A model generated the notes under the pieces. That model searched no databases. It saw only the letters and a list, made by a program, of their open reading frames with translations, and was not told where the DNA came from. Made by a program: the position numbers and the translations under genes. From Xylographa opegraphella (taxonomy: Eukaryota), in contig JALDZX010000019.1 in assembly GCA_022813865.1 (NCBI GenBank), forward strand, positions 1-64,000: a stretch of DNA of 64,000 nt. The letters run 5' to 3'. Shown here one piece after another: positions 63,182-64,000 of the stretch; within the stretch, counting starts at the first letter, position 1, and every line of letters starts with the position of its first letter.

Positions 63182-64000
63182 GTATGGGGGGGCGACTTGG
63201 TTATGGTTCGAAGATTGCTCGGAGTAACGAGTGCTTGACTACCTAATACCCTGGGAGCGGGCGCTGAGGACTCGATTTATCACGAATACTGCTTCATATC
63301 AACCGGTCTCGTCTGTTTGAAGTTGATGTGGAATTGGCGATTTGCTCGTAGCCTTTTCTGCACATCTACTATGTCTACAAAAGAACCTAGTGACTCGGAG
63401 GCCTTCTTGGTGTCAATAACTTCTTGCCTAGGGTTCTCATCGATGCAGCACGTGGTACCGGCATGTCTTAAGCCGTCAATTACAACCAGCGGCTTCTGAA
63501 GGCGAGCCACGAGTTGGTCGGGTACGATCTTTCGGTTGTGGGCAGCTCGATTCCGAGGACAAGAAGATTGACAAAGCGAAAGTCCTTGCGGGGTTTCGAT
63601 TCATGGCAAGTTCTTTGAATGTATTGCAGCGTCAGGAGGCCGTGGTATCATAACCCTTCTGGACTTTTGGCTCTGTTGTTAGACATTCAGAGCTGTGCCA
63701 TTAGCATTTCAGGTAGAACAGGCTCATTGCGAGAGACGAAACTCTTTCGGATATGACATAACTTCTTTCACTGCCAGTCAAAGATAAAGTCAGAGGACTG
63801 GTCAGTGCATCTCCACTTCCATTATGGATATGTTCCAGTGTCCTCAAAATGGCTGTAGTGAATACATGGGGAAAAGCCGTTCGACTATTTACACTTGTTT
63901 GAGAGTACTCGGGCTGGTGCGCAGGACATACAGCAAAATGACTCGTGCAGAAAACTTTCCCACAATTTCTTCGCCAACTTATAAGATTGTGTGAGAAAAA

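Noticed and set aside
63280..64000. Possible 3' end of a minus-strand gene
   Set aside because: No frame or splice solution gave a recognisable protein; left unannotated.

Overview
Gene-dense eukaryotic DNA from a filamentous ascomycete (Pezizomycotina-type short GT..AG introns with CTRAY branch sites; the species cannot be determined from the sequence). It holds about 25 protein-coding genes, almost all housekeeping: an Ark1/Prk1-like kinase, Tpt1, Med31, Pal1, complex I NDUFS5-like subunit, Med10, PP2A A subunit, PheRS beta, Rps3, myotubularin, GT90/CAP10, cysteine dioxygenase, DRG GTPase, a CENP-B-type HTH protein, a PXA protein, RecQ, a ferric reductase, parvulin Pin4, AlkBH6, Dfg10, a Hos4-like ankyrin protein, Rps12, Gid4/Vid24, a Mid2-like membrane protein, Efg1 and Sea4/Mios, plus two orphan ORFs. 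No rRNA, tRNA, CRISPR or intact transposon was seen. The most interesting signals are non-coding. (1) A candidate large H/ACA-type RNA directly after the PIN4 stop codon, inside a putative intron whose donor overlaps that stop. (2) A multi-stem RNA structure in the TPT1 intron that covers an internal AG|GTATGT splice site. (3) Several other long introns with strong hairpins or H/ACA-like layouts. (4) An orphan coiled-coil gene flanked by arrays of a short palindromic motif. (5) A 1.1-kb intron in the PXA gene. Exon boundaries and RNA pairings were read by eye and need computational or RNA-seq confirmation.
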